Below are positions 8,434 to 17,278 of a DNA stretch of 39,524 nt, one piece after another (the stretch's first letter is position 1; every line of letters begins with the position of its first letter). Below the pieces are notes generated by a model. The model saw only the letters and a list, made by a program, of their open reading frames with translations, was not told the DNA's origin and did no database searches. The stretch covers positions 1 to 39,524 of the forward strand of contig CAYVPL010000001.1 in NCBI GenBank assembly GCA_964453755.1, in the 5' to 3' direction. Position numbers and translations under genes: made by a program. The DNA comes from an uncultured Planctomycetales bacterium. Its GTDB lineage: Bacteria; Planctomycetota; UBA1135.

Positions 8434-9395
8434 TGCTGATCGCAATCCTCGCGGCGCTTCCGGCTCTCGGGTCGGCGGCGCCGCTCGCTTTCGCCGGCGC
8501 CCAGAATCCGCCCGGCGGCACAGCCGGCCCGCTGACCTGGACCGCCGAAGAATCTCTGCTGCCGATCGCGCGGCCGATTTCCCTGCTCGCGGAGTCCGAG
8601 CTGCCCAAGATCGAGGCCTGGCTCGGCGTGCCGCCTTCAGGCCCCGGCCAGTTGACCTGGGTCGCCGACCGGGCCGGCTTCGAGCGCGCGATGGGGGCAG
8701 AGGCGCCGGCTTGGTTCGCCGCCGTCACCATTCCGGCGCAGCGCCGCATCGTGATGCTGGCGGACCGCAGCAAGGGCACGGGCCAGCTCAGCGAAACCTT
8801 CCGCCATGAACTGGTGCATTGGGCCATGCTCGGCATCGGCGAGTCGGCTTGGCAGACGCTGCCGGCCTGGTTCCACGAAGGACTGGCGGAAACCTGGGCC
8901 CGCACCGATCCGCTCTCACAATTCGCCTCGCCGCTCGCCTGGCGCGCCTTTCGCGGCGGCCTCAGTCCGCTCAGTCACTATCGCGAGGGTTTCGGCCGCG
9001 AGCCCGCGGCGGCCGCCGAGGGCTACGGGCTGGCCTACGCCTTCGTCAAGCGCCTGGTGCGCATCCACGGCGACGGCATCGTCGCGCAACTGATGGCCCG
9101 GTTGCGCGCGGGGGAGAGCCTGGACCAGGCGCTGATCTCCGTCACCGGCCTGGGCCTCGTCAGCCACGAGGAAGCGCTGCGCGCCGAACTCGGCTCGCTG
9201 GGCGCGCTGCTCGGCGAGATTTATCCGCAACTCTTCCTCTTCATGGCGCTCTTCGCTCTGGCCACGACGCCGTTCGTCGTGCGCGCCCGCCGCCGCAAGC
9301 GCCGCCTCTTCGAGGAGAAGTGGGAGCGCGAAGAGCAAGCCCGGCTCGCGGAGGAGCAGGGCGGCGAGGATGATCGGTGGATTCAACCGCGGTGA
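8433..9395 (+). CDS. Putative zinc metallopeptidase (peptidase_MA_2-like), C-terminally membrane-anchored
   Basis: The GTG start overlaps the upstream stop (TAGTG). Has a signal peptide, HExxH (FRHELVHWA) followed by WFHEGLAETWA, then a TM helix (LFLFMALFALATTPFVV) and an Arg/Glu-rich tail. Confidence 0.7.
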   Translation: MLIAILAALPALGSAAPLAFAGAQNPPGGTAGPLTWTAEESLLPIARPISLLAESELPKIEAWLGVPPSGPGQLTWVADRAGFERAMGAEAPAWFAAVTIPAQRRIVMLADRSKGTGQLSETFRHELVHWAMLGIGESAWQTLPAWFHEGLAETWARTDPLSQFASPLAWRAFRGGLSPLSHYREGFGREPAAAAEGYGLAYAFVKRLVRIHGDGIVAQLMARLRAGESLDQALISVTGLGLVSHEEALRAELGSLGALLGEIYPQLFLFMALFALATTPFVVRARRRKRRLFEEKWEREEQARLAEEQGGEDDRWIQPR

Positions 9396-10150
9396 ATCCC
9401 GTGCCCGACCCCGTCCCTGCCGCGCCCGCGAAGCGGCGCAGCGCCTGGCGCCGCTTCAAGCGCAGCGCCGGCTCCGCGGCGGGACGCGCTTTGGGGCCAG
9501 TCATTGTCAAATTGCTCGCGCGCACCTGGCGCGTGCGCTTCGTGAACGCCGCGGCGCGCGACGAGCGCGACGCGCAGGGCAAACTGGCCGTTTACTCCTT
9601 CTGGCATCAGAACATTCTCGCCGCCGTCGGCACGCATCCCGGATTTCCGGTGCGCGTGCTGATCAGCCGCCACCGCGACGGCGAGACCATCGCGCAACTC
9701 GCCGAACGCCTGGGCGGCAAGACTGTGCGCGGCTCCACGCACGGCGGCGGCGCCGCGGCGCTGCGCCAAATGGTCAAACTCGCCGACGCGAGCGCGGACG
9801 GGCTCGGCTTCACGCCCGACGGCCCGCGCGGCCCGGCGCGCAGCATCGCGCCCGGCGTGATCGCGCTGGCCGCGGCCACGGGCCGCCCGCTCGTCGCGTC
9901 GGGCTTCGCCTGCTCCCGCTTCTGGCAGGCGCGCTCGTGGGATCGCATGCTGCTGCCCAAACCCTTCGCCCGGCTGGTGGTGGCCTTCGAGCGCCTGCCG
10001 GCGCCGCCGGGCGAAGCTGCGCGCCAAGGCGAGGCGCATGATCGCGCGCGCGCGCAACTCGCGCAGGCGATGAACGACGCTGCGGCGCGCGCGCGCGCCG
10101 AACTCGAGAGTTGGAGCGGCCGCCCCGCGCCGGAGATCGCGCCCTCGTGA
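9377..10150 (+). CDS. DUF374 / lysophospholipid acyltransferase-family protein
   Basis: Contains FWHQNIL...ISRHRDGE...GSTHGGGAAALR...TPDGPRGP, typical of the DUF374 family often linked to Kdo/lipid A genes. A GTG start at 9392 is equally possible. Confidence 0.75.
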   Translation: MDSTAVNPVPDPVPAAPAKRRSAWRRFKRSAGSAAGRALGPVIVKLLARTWRVRFVNAAARDERDAQGKLAVYSFWHQNILAAVGTHPGFPVRVLISRHRDGETIAQLAERLGGKTVRGSTHGGGAAALRQMVKLADASADGLGFTPDGPRGPARSIAPGVIALAAATGRPLVASGFACSRFWQARSWDRMLLPKPFARLVVAFERLPAPPGEAARQGEAHDRARAQLAQAMNDAAARARAELESWSGRPAPEIAPS

Positions 10151-11061
10151 GCGGCAGCCCTTCCGCGACTTTGGTCTTCGCGATGGATCCGCGCGGCGCC
10201 AAGGTGCTGGGCGACGCGCTGACCGCCGCCGGCTTCCGCTTCGGATCTCTTGCCCACGCGCAATGGCAGGCGCGCGGCGAAGGCGTGGTGGCAAGCCTTT
10301 ACAACAGCGGCAAATTGGTGGTGCAAGGCCCCGGCGCCGAGGCCTTCCGCGCGCGCTTCCTGCAGATGGGCATCGCCGTCGCGGGCAAGAGCCATCCGGG
10401 CGATGCCGAGTTGCCGCCCGCGGCCAACTCGCTGGGCTCCGACGAAGCCGGCAAGGGCGACACCTTCGGACCGCTGTGCGTCGTGGCCGTGGCGGTGGAC
10501 GCGGCAGCCGCCGAAGAATTGGCGCGCGCCGGCGTCGCCGACTCGAAGACACTGTCCGATGCGCGCGTGCTGGCGCTGGCCGAGCACTTCGCCGCGCGCC
10601 TGCCGCACGAGGCGCGCGTGCTGCAGCCGGCGGAATACAACGCGGCCTGGGCGGCGGCCGGCCGCAACGTCAACAAGCTGCTCGCGCAGCTGCACGTGGA
10701 CTGCCTGACGCAGCTGCACGAGCGCACCGGCTTCACGATCGCGGTGGTGGACCGCTTCGCCGCCGAATCTCCGGTGCGCGCGGCGCTGGCGAAGCGCGCG
10801 CCGAAGTTGCGCGTCACCGAGGTGCCGCGCGCCGAGCGCCATCTCGCGACCGCCGCCGCATCGGTGCTGGCGCGCGCCGCGTTCGTCGAGGGCGTCGGCA
10901 AGCTCGAGCAATTCGCCGCCACCGATCTGCCGCTGGGCAGCGGTTCGCCGGTCGGTCCCGCGCTGCGGCGCTACGTGGAGATCCACGGCGTCGCCGCGCT
11001 CGGCCAGGTCGCGAAGCTTCACTTCAAGAACGTGCAGCGCTTCATCCAGGATGTCCACTGA
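10147..11061 (+). CDS. rnhC: Ribonuclease HIII
   Basis: The GTG at 10147 overlaps the upstream stop (GTGA). An N-terminal TBP-like domain is followed by GSDEAGKGDTFGPLCVVAV...DSK..., the RNase HII/HIII catalytic motifs. Confidence 0.85.
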   Translation: MSGSPSATLVFAMDPRGAKVLGDALTAAGFRFGSLAHAQWQARGEGVVASLYNSGKLVVQGPGAEAFRARFLQMGIAVAGKSHPGDAELPPAANSLGSDEAGKGDTFGPLCVVAVAVDAAAAEELARAGVADSKTLSDARVLALAEHFAARLPHEARVLQPAEYNAAWAAAGRNVNKLLAQLHVDCLTQLHERTGFTIAVVDRFAAESPVRAALAKRAPKLRVTEVPRAERHLATAAASVLARAAFVEGVGKLEQFAATDLPLGSGSPVGPALRRYVEIHGVAALGQVAKLHFKNVQRFIQDVH

Positions 11062-11590
11062 CCGCACCCACGCCCACGGCCACGCACGGCCGGCCTTCCG
11101 CGCCCTCGGCCTGAAGATCCTCACGGTCTCCGACACGCGCGGGCGCGCCGAGGACCGCTCGGGCGACTTTCTCGAGTCCGGGCTGAGGGCCGCCGGCCAC
11201 CGCGTGCTGGAGCGGCGCATCGTGAAGGACGAGGCGGCCGAGATCCGCGCCGCGGTCCAGGCCTGGGCCGGGGAGCCGGAGGTGTTCGCGATCCTGGTCA
11301 CCGGCGGCACCGGCGTGCTGCCCCGCGACGTGACGCCGGAGGCGGTCGAGCCGCTCTATGACAAATTCCTGCCGGGCTTCGGCGAGCTGTTCCGGGCGCT
11401 GTCGTTCCAGGAGATCGGCGCGGCGGCCATCCAGTCGCGCGCCTCGGCCGGCCTGGTCGGCGGGCGGGTGGTCTTCCTGCTGCCGGGCTCAGTCAACGCC
11501 TGCCGACTGGCGCTGGAGAAGATCATCCTGCCGCAGCTCGACGCCGGTACGCCGCCCTGCTCCTTCGCCAGCCTGCTCTGCGGCGGCTAG
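11051..11590 (+). CDS. moaB: Molybdenum cofactor biosynthesis protein B (MoaB/MogA family)
   Basis: 179 aa with TVSDTR...ILVTGGTG...GR.VFLLPGSVNAC motifs. Confidence 0.85.
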   Translation: MSTDRTHAHGHARPAFRALGLKILTVSDTRGRAEDRSGDFLESGLRAAGHRVLERRIVKDEAAEIRAAVQAWAGEPEVFAILVTGGTGVLPRDVTPEAVEPLYDKFLPGFGELFRALSFQEIGAAAIQSRASAGLVGGRVVFLLPGSVNACRLALEKIILPQLDAGTPPCSFASLLCGG

Positions 11591-11982
11591 TCCGGCTTGG
11601 CCGGAGGATCGATCGGCGGCTCGGCGTTGACGATGGCCGGATCCACCGGCTGTTCGCCGGCCGCCGGCGGGGGAGCCGGCTCGGCCGGCGCCACCTGCGC
11701 CTCGGCCGGCGGCTCCTGACTGGCCGGACCGGCCGCATGATCCATGTCGCGGCGCCAGCGCGGCTCCTCGAGGCGGAAATCGGTCTGGCGGCGGATCTCG
11801 TTCACCGCCTCGTCAATGCCGGCCTCGCGCTTGAACTCGTTGACCGAGCGGCGCAGCTTCACCCACATCTGGCCGAAGTCGCGCATCAGCTTGGGCAGGT
11901 CCCCGCCGAAGAGCAGGATGCCGACGATCGCCACCACGATCAGTTCGCCCGAACTGATGAAGGCCAGCGGCGCGGGCATCAT
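11587..11982 (-). CDS. tatA: Twin-arginine translocase TatA/TatB-family subunit
   Basis: Has an N-terminal TM helix plus amphipathic helix (GELIVVAIVGILLFGGDLPKLMRDFG) and a Pro/Ala-rich tail. It lies 10 nt downstream of lptD on the same strand. Confidence 0.8.
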   Translation of the reverse strand: MMPAPLAFISSGELIVVAIVGILLFGGDLPKLMRDFGQMWVKLRRSVNEFKREAGIDEAVNEIRRQTDFRLEEPRWRRDMDHAAGPASQEPPAEAQVAPAEPAPPPAAGEQPVDPAIVNAEPPIDPPAKPD

Positions 11983-11991
11983 CCCGGCAGT

Positions 11992-14409
11992 TTACTGCCA
12001 GCGCAGGCGGGCCAATTTGCGGCTGCCGTAGGGATCGAAGAAGAAGCGCGGCGTCAGGTTGAAGTAAAGGCCCACGTCGCCGCTGGTCTGGGAGCGGCTG
12101 TAGCCGAATTCAAACAGGAAGTCGTGGCCGTAGTACTGCGCGGCGTAGTTCGTCCGCACGCCGGCGTCGCCGGAGAAGGTCCTGGACTCGCGGAAGCCCA
12201 GCGCCCAGCGCTCGGTGAAGCGCCAGCCGGCGAAGAGGGAGCCGTAGGCGAAGTCCGTCGGTGTGCCCTCGGTCTCGAAGTACTCGAGGCCGTAGCTCAA
12301 TTGCTCGCCGGGCCGCACGTTGAGGCGCGTGAAGATCTCCTGCGTGGTGCTGGCGGACACGTCGTGGCGCAGCCGACTTTCGAGGCTCACGCCTTCGAGC
12401 TGCGAGCCGGGCGCACCCGGAATCCACAGCGCGCGCAACTCGACCGGGCCGAAGCCCTCCTCGGTGATGGCGGTGGTCCAGGGCTGCGGCCCTTCCATCG
12501 GCGTCAGCACCTCGCCGGTGCTCGGGTAGTAGGGCGCCAGCAAGTCCACGTCGAGCCAGGGCTCCGTGCGCCCGGGTCCGTCGAAGAACTGGCGCAGCGA
12601 AAATTCCGCGACCTCGCCTTCTGACAATCGGTCCATCCCGTCGATGTCGGGCGGCACGAAGTCGGACTCGACCAGCTCGCGGCGCGCGCGCAGCCGCACC
12701 TGCGGCACGACGCGGTGCGACCAGCCGTCTTCCCAGCGCTTGTTAATCGCGATGCCGGCCTCGAGGAATGCCTCGGCAGTCATCTGCTCGCCGGTCTCGG
12801 CGCCCGCCGTGTCGTCCTCCCAGACGCCGCCGGTGAAGCGCGCGCCCGGACGCCAGAACATGCCCGCGCCGTGCGCCGGCAGCGCGATCTCGGTCCAGGC
12901 GCGCGCGCGGCTCCGCACCAGGGTGGGCTGATCCAGGAAGTCCACCGAGCCGGGCGGGGCCGTCAACTCGCGGTCCTGCAGGCGGATGCGCGCGACTTCG
13001 GCGCCGTACTCGACGTTCACCGCCACCTCGTCGTCGCCGCCGCCCAGCACCGGCACTCCCAGTTCGCCCACGGTCGTGGAAAATCCTTCCCACTTCGCGC
13101 GCGGCAGGTCTTCCACCGTCTGCGGCGCGGGCCCCGGCGCCTCCGGGAAGCCGCCGAAGGGCGTGGCACCGTAGTCGTCCAGCCGCGGCCGCACGCGCAG
13201 CGAGCCGTAGGAGTCCTCGTCCTGCCGCACCAGCGCAAACTCGCTGAAGACGTCCTCTTCCTCGGCCCAGTCGCGGCCAAAGAATTCCGGATCCACCAGC
13301 GGGTCGCTGGTCACGTCCAGCACGCCGTAGGCCCGCCACACGTCTGACAATTCCCAGACGTTGTCCATCCGCACCCGCCAGCGATTGTCCGTGTCGCGGC
13401 CGACCACCTTGGTCATTTTGGTCTTGTCGCTGGCCTCGTCTTCGAGGAAGAAGAGCTCCCAGTGGCCGCGGTAGCCGTCGCCTTTCAAGTCGGCCTCGGC
13501 AGCGAGCGGCAGGCCGCGCCGCGTGCTGAAGGATGGATAGAAGTTCCACTCGATGTTGGTTCCGCCAAGGCGCTCCTCGCCGCGGAAGCGCAGTTCGATG
13601 AAGCTGCCGTACTTGTCGCTGTTGCCGGCGCGTCCGCCCTGCAAGCCCAGGAAACTCTCGCCGGGCTCGAAGTCCGGCGTCGGCATCGGCAGCACGCGCC
13701 GGCCGAAGATTTCCAGCCAGCCGCGCTCGGGCTGCCACAGCAGGTTGCCGTTCGGCAGGCGCGACACGCGCACTTCGCCCAGGCGCAGGCCGTAGTGCGG
13801 ATCGTCCGCGGCGCAGGTCGTCAGCACGGCGTTGACGGCGCGCAGCGAGCCGTCGGGCAATTCTTCGAGCAGATCGGCGAAGAGCGCGAGCGGCCAGCCG
13901 TTCGGCCCGCCGGCGCCGGGCGCGAAACGGAGCTGCGCGCGCTCGAGGCTCATGCGTCCGGCGGCCGGCTGGTCGCGCAGGACGTCCGCCTGCACTTCCA
14001 GCTCCGGCGTCGTGATGCGCACGGATCCGGTGAGCACGATCTCACGAATCAAAGTCTCGTCCTCGGGCAGGCCGAGGCCGCGCAGGATTTTGCGGCTCCA
14101 CAGTCCGGGCAGCACGGTGCCGGCATCCTGGGGCAGGGGGTCCGGCACCGGCTCATCGGCGCGCGGCAGGCCCTCGGCGATGGCGGCGCGATAGCGCACC
14201 GCGTCGAGGCTGATTTCGGCCCGCTCCGCGCTCAACGTCAGATCCGGCGCGCTCAAGCGCGGACGCTCGAGCAGGTAGATGATCAGGTCGCCTTCCTCGC
14301 GCGGCGTGATCGAGTCGGCCTGAAAATTCTGCTGCTGCTGCTGCGCGGCCGGCTCCTGCGCGGGCTGGATCATCGCCGAAGCGAGCAGCAGGGCCGCGAG
14401 GGCGAGCAT
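11992..14409 (-). CDS. lptD: LPS-assembly outer-membrane protein LptD
   Basis: 805 aa from the ATG at 14409, which shares 1 nt with the upstream TAA. Has a signal peptide MLALAALLLASA. LTTCAADDPHYGL and VTSDPLVDPEFF match the LptD TSC...W and VSDPSYF regions. Ends in a C-terminal beta-barrel (...YFNLTPRFFF). Confidence 0.85.
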   Translation of the reverse strand: MLALAALLLASAMIQPAQEPAAQQQQQNFQADSITPREEGDLIIYLLERPRLSAPDLTLSAERAEISLDAVRYRAAIAEGLPRADEPVPDPLPQDAGTVLPGLWSRKILRGLGLPEDETLIREIVLTGSVRITTPELEVQADVLRDQPAAGRMSLERAQLRFAPGAGGPNGWPLALFADLLEELPDGSLRAVNAVLTTCAADDPHYGLRLGEVRVSRLPNGNLLWQPERGWLEIFGRRVLPMPTPDFEPGESFLGLQGGRAGNSDKYGSFIELRFRGEERLGGTNIEWNFYPSFSTRRGLPLAAEADLKGDGYRGHWELFFLEDEASDKTKMTKVVGRDTDNRWRVRMDNVWELSDVWRAYGVLDVTSDPLVDPEFFGRDWAEEEDVFSEFALVRQDEDSYGSLRVRPRLDDYGATPFGGFPEAPGPAPQTVEDLPRAKWEGFSTTVGELGVPVLGGGDDEVAVNVEYGAEVARIRLQDRELTAPPGSVDFLDQPTLVRSRARAWTEIALPAHGAGMFWRPGARFTGGVWEDDTAGAETGEQMTAEAFLEAGIAINKRWEDGWSHRVVPQVRLRARRELVESDFVPPDIDGMDRLSEGEVAEFSLRQFFDGPGRTEPWLDVDLLAPYYPSTGEVLTPMEGPQPWTTAITEEGFGPVELRALWIPGAPGSQLEGVSLESRLRHDVSASTTQEIFTRLNVRPGEQLSYGLEYFETEGTPTDFAYGSLFAGWRFTERWALGFRESRTFSGDAGVRTNYAAQYYGHDFLFEFGYSRSQTSGDVGLYFNLTPRFFFDPYGSRKLARLRWQ

Positions 14410-16745
14410 TACCGGGGCTCTTCGAGGCGCACGGGGCCGGATTCCAGCAGGTGCGTCTTCATGTTGTAACGCAGCCAGGTGGCCGTCAGGTCGCGGCCGT
14501 CTTCGAGCACCAGGTGCGCCGCGCGCTCCGGCGATCCGGTGAGGCGCATCCATCCGGTGGCCTCGTCCATCTCGATCTCCGCGCCTTCCGCGCTCATGCC
14601 GTCCTGCGCCAGCGAGGCGTTACCCGTCAACTTGAGAAACACGACGCGCCCCGCTTCCGTGCGCCAGTCCGCGCGCTCGCCGGCCGCGCGACCCAGCGGC
14701 GAGTCGAAGCGCGCGCGCCCCTCCGCCCAGCCGCCGATTTCGCCGATCTGCGCATTCTCCGCGGTGAGCACGTGCGTCGAGCCGTCCGTCTCCTCCAGGC
14801 GCGCGACGGCGCCGCCTTCGAGCACCAGATTCTGCGCGGCGTCCACGCCCAGCCGGCGCGCGGTGGCGGCGAAGGTGCGGCCGTCCGCCAGCGTTCCCGT
14901 GGCGCTCGGCGTGCCGAAGCGCCGCTCGAGCCACAGACCTTCCGTCGGCGACCAGCGGGCGGAGTCGGCGCTGGTCTTCAACGCGCCGTCGGCCTCGACG
15001 TCGCCCTCCAGCAGCCAGGCGCCGGTCGCGTGCTGGCGCGTGCCGGAGCGCGCGGTGAGCACGACGTCCGGTCCGGCCAGTCCCAGCGCCGCCGCGGGCA
15101 CCGTGATCTGGGGCGCACCCTCGATGCGCAGCAGTTCGGCGTCGGACTCGGCGCGGCGGAAGTCCGAGAGCGCGGTCATGCCGTCCTCCAACTCCATGCT
15201 GGCGTGCGCCGGAATGCCTTCGAGCCGGAAGCGCTCTTCGTCCAGCTGGCGCAACCGTGCCGCGCGAATGCTGATGCCGGGCGCCTTGTACTCGAGGTCG
15301 CCGTCGGCGTCGGTGCGGCGCGCGCCGTCGGGCTCGAGGCGCGACACGATGCGCACGCCTTCCACCGACCAGGGTTGCGCCTCGCGCATGCCGTGCGCCA
15401 CGAAGCCCTCGTTCATTTCGACCAGCCCGTCGCGCTGCGCGCTGAGCGCCGGCCCGCTCATTTCGCTCAGCAGCGAGTCCCGGGCGAAGAGGCGCACGCT
15501 GCCGCGCGCCTGCAGGCCTCCGTCCTCGGCGGCGGTCAGCTGATCCGCGCGCGCCAGGCCGGCCGCCGAGACGGCCACGATGTCGCCGGTCGCCTGCAGC
15601 GTCTTGCCGTCCCATCGCGCGGAGTCGGCGCTGACGGAACCGTCCGCGTCGAGCGCGAAGCAGCGGCCGTCCAGTTCCAGGATGCCGGTGAGCGGATCGA
15701 GCCGGGCCCGCTCGCGCGCGGTCGCGACCGCGAAGCGGGTGTCCCAGGGCCGCGCCGCAGCCGGGCCGAGGATGACGATCTCTGACAATGCGCCGGCCTC
15801 GTTCCAAGTCAGATCGGCATCCCCGCCTTCGAACGCGATCGCGGCGCCGGACAGGAACACCGGTCCAGCCGCGCGCGCGGCGCGCGGGCGCCAGCCGGTC
15901 GCGCCGGTCGCCTCCAGGCTCATCGCGAAGTCGCGGCTCGTGATGACGGAGGCCGGGCCGCCCGCGGTTCCGGGGAGCGCGGCGCGCACGCCGCGCGCGC
16001 CCGGCTCGAAGCTCAACTCCAGGCCGCCGTCCGCGTTGGTGACGACTTCGCCGGGCGCGTCGCTGCGGCCGCGGAACACGCGGCCCGCGGCGTCGGTCAT
16101 GCTCCACACGACTTCGCCGTTCCAGGGCTTGAAGCGCAGCCGCTTGCCGGCGGCGTCGTAGCGCAGATCGGCGGCGTCGAGCACGAGGTCTTCCGACTCC
16201 ATCCGGAAGTGGCCGGGGCAGGTCACCACCTCGCTGCGCGGATCCAGGCGGGCTTCGCCGTCGGCGGTGGCGCGCAGCGTCCGGCCGGGCGTGAAGTCAG
16301 GCAGCGTCAGCACCGGATTCGTGAGCCGCCACAGGCGCTCGAGGTCGAGGCGGATTTCGCGTTTGTCAGGCGCCAGCGGAATCCAGGCCTGCGGCGCGCG
16401 CACCGTGAAACCGCGGCCTGTGCCGGACTGCGGCGCCACGATCACCGCGTTGACGATGCGCGCGCCCGAGCCTTCCGGGCGCGGATCGTCGCCTTCCATG
16501 CGCCAGCCCGGCACGCGCGTCGCCGCGCCGCTCGCGTCCGGCTCGAGGCGGTCCGTTGTCAAAGTGACGTGGCCGGCGAAGCCGATCTCGACCGGCCCGA
16601 CGCCGGGCAGCACCTGATGGAAGCCGTCAGGAGTGGGCACGACGATCTCGGCGCGCTGCCCGAGATGCGCGGCGAAATCCGTGCCGAGCGCGAGCAGCAC
16701 CGCGCCCGCCACCGCGCCGCCGGTCCAGGCCAGGCCGCGGTTCAT
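14409..16745 (-). CDS. Giant membrane-anchored LptC/LptA (OstA)-like periplasmic protein (778 aa)
   Basis: Has an N-terminal TM anchor (LAWTGGAVAGAVLLALG) and a long beta-rich Gly/Asp/Ala repetitive body. The C-terminus LTGNASLAQDGMSAEGAEIEMD...LTATWLRY resembles the LptA LTGNAYLQQ...GDKITY motif. It sits between kdsC (ATGA overlap) and lptD, where lptC-lptA normally lie. Confidence 0.65.
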   Translation of the reverse strand: MNRGLAWTGGAVAGAVLLALGTDFAAHLGQRAEIVVPTPDGFHQVLPGVGPVEIGFAGHVTLTTDRLEPDASGAATRVPGWRMEGDDPRPEGSGARIVNAVIVAPQSGTGRGFTVRAPQAWIPLAPDKREIRLDLERLWRLTNPVLTLPDFTPGRTLRATADGEARLDPRSEVVTCPGHFRMESEDLVLDAADLRYDAAGKRLRFKPWNGEVVWSMTDAAGRVFRGRSDAPGEVVTNADGGLELSFEPGARGVRAALPGTAGGPASVITSRDFAMSLEATGATGWRPRAARAAGPVFLSGAAIAFEGGDADLTWNEAGALSEIVILGPAAARPWDTRFAVATARERARLDPLTGILELDGRCFALDADGSVSADSARWDGKTLQATGDIVAVSAAGLARADQLTAAEDGGLQARGSVRLFARDSLLSEMSGPALSAQRDGLVEMNEGFVAHGMREAQPWSVEGVRIVSRLEPDGARRTDADGDLEYKAPGISIRAARLRQLDEERFRLEGIPAHASMELEDGMTALSDFRRAESDAELLRIEGAPQITVPAAALGLAGPDVVLTARSGTRQHATGAWLLEGDVEADGALKTSADSARWSPTEGLWLERRFGTPSATGTLADGRTFAATARRLGVDAAQNLVLEGGAVARLEETDGSTHVLTAENAQIGEIGGWAEGRARFDSPLGRAAGERADWRTEAGRVVFLKLTGNASLAQDGMSAEGAEIEMDEATGWMRLTGSPERAAHLVLEDGRDLTATWLRYNMKTHLLESGPVRLEEPR

Positions 16746-17278
16746 GTGGCAAGCGCGGCGGCGCGCGCGGCCAGCAGGAGATCGCAGACTTGGCGCAGCG
16801 CGCCGGCGCCGCCGGGCGCGGCGGTCACGTAGTCGGCGCGCGCGAGAATCTCCGGCATCGCGCCGGGCGGCGCGATGCGCAGGCCGGCGCAGTCGAAGAG
16901 CGGCAGATCGGGCAGGTCGTCGCCGAAAGCCGCGACCTGCTCGCGCGCCAAGCCGTGCGCGCGCAACAGCGGCCCGGTGACGGCTGATTTGTCAGAAATG
17001 CCGAGATGCACGATCGTCAAGCCAAGCCGGGACATCCGATGGCGCACCGCCGGCGTGTCGCGCCCGCTGACGACGGCCACTTCCAGGCCGCTTTTCAGCA
17101 GCTGCACCATGCCGTAGCCGTCGTGAATGTGAAAGACCACGCTTTCCTCGCCGCCGGGGCCGAGCGTGATTTTGCCGTCGGTCCAGCAGCCGTCCACGTC
17201 GGTCAGCAGCAGCCGCACTCGCGCGGCGCGCGCGAGAAGCTCCCGGGGAAACACGGCCGCGCCGGCCGCGCCGGTCAC
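16742..17278 (-). CDS. kdsC: KDO-8-phosphate phosphatase (HAD-IIIA)
   Basis: Contains LLLTDVDGCWTDG, SGR and FGDDLPDLP motifs. The GTG start overlaps the kdsD stop (GTGA). Confidence 0.88.
   Translation of the reverse strand: MTGAAGAAVFPRELLARAARVRLLLTDVDGCWTDGKITLGPGGEESVVFHIHDGYGMVQLLKSGLEVAVVSGRDTPAVRHRMSRLGLTIVHLGISDKSAVTGPLLRAHGLAREQVAAFGDDLPDLPLFDCAGLRIAPPGAMPEILARADYVTAAPGGAGALRQVCDLLLAARAAALAT

Noticed and set aside
6445-8445. 666-aa minus-strand ORF spanning the same region as the 660-aa plus-strand lipoprotein
   Set aside because: Its Arg/Gly/Ala/His/Glu-dominated composition and lack of motifs are typical of an antisense shadow frame in GC-rich DNA. The plus-strand product has a signal peptide and normal composition.
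9607-11310. 567-aa minus-strand ORF (and 9383..10552, 389 aa) opposite the DUF374, rnhC and moaB genes
   Set aside because: These are shadow frames. The plus-strand products carry clear family motifs (GSDEAGKGD, DUF374 motifs, MoaB).
13341-13360. Small hairpin CGTCTG-acaattcc-CAGACG around one TCTGACAAT copy
   Set aside because: It has a 6-bp stem inside the lptD coding sequence, and the other motif copies lack a comparable inverted repeat. It is probably coincidental.
14329-14343. (CTG)5 trinucleotide run, encoding QQQQQ near the LptD N-terminus on the minus strand
   Set aside because: It is short and in-frame, lying in a mature N-terminal linker. There is no evidence of phase variation, though it could show length polymorphism between strains.
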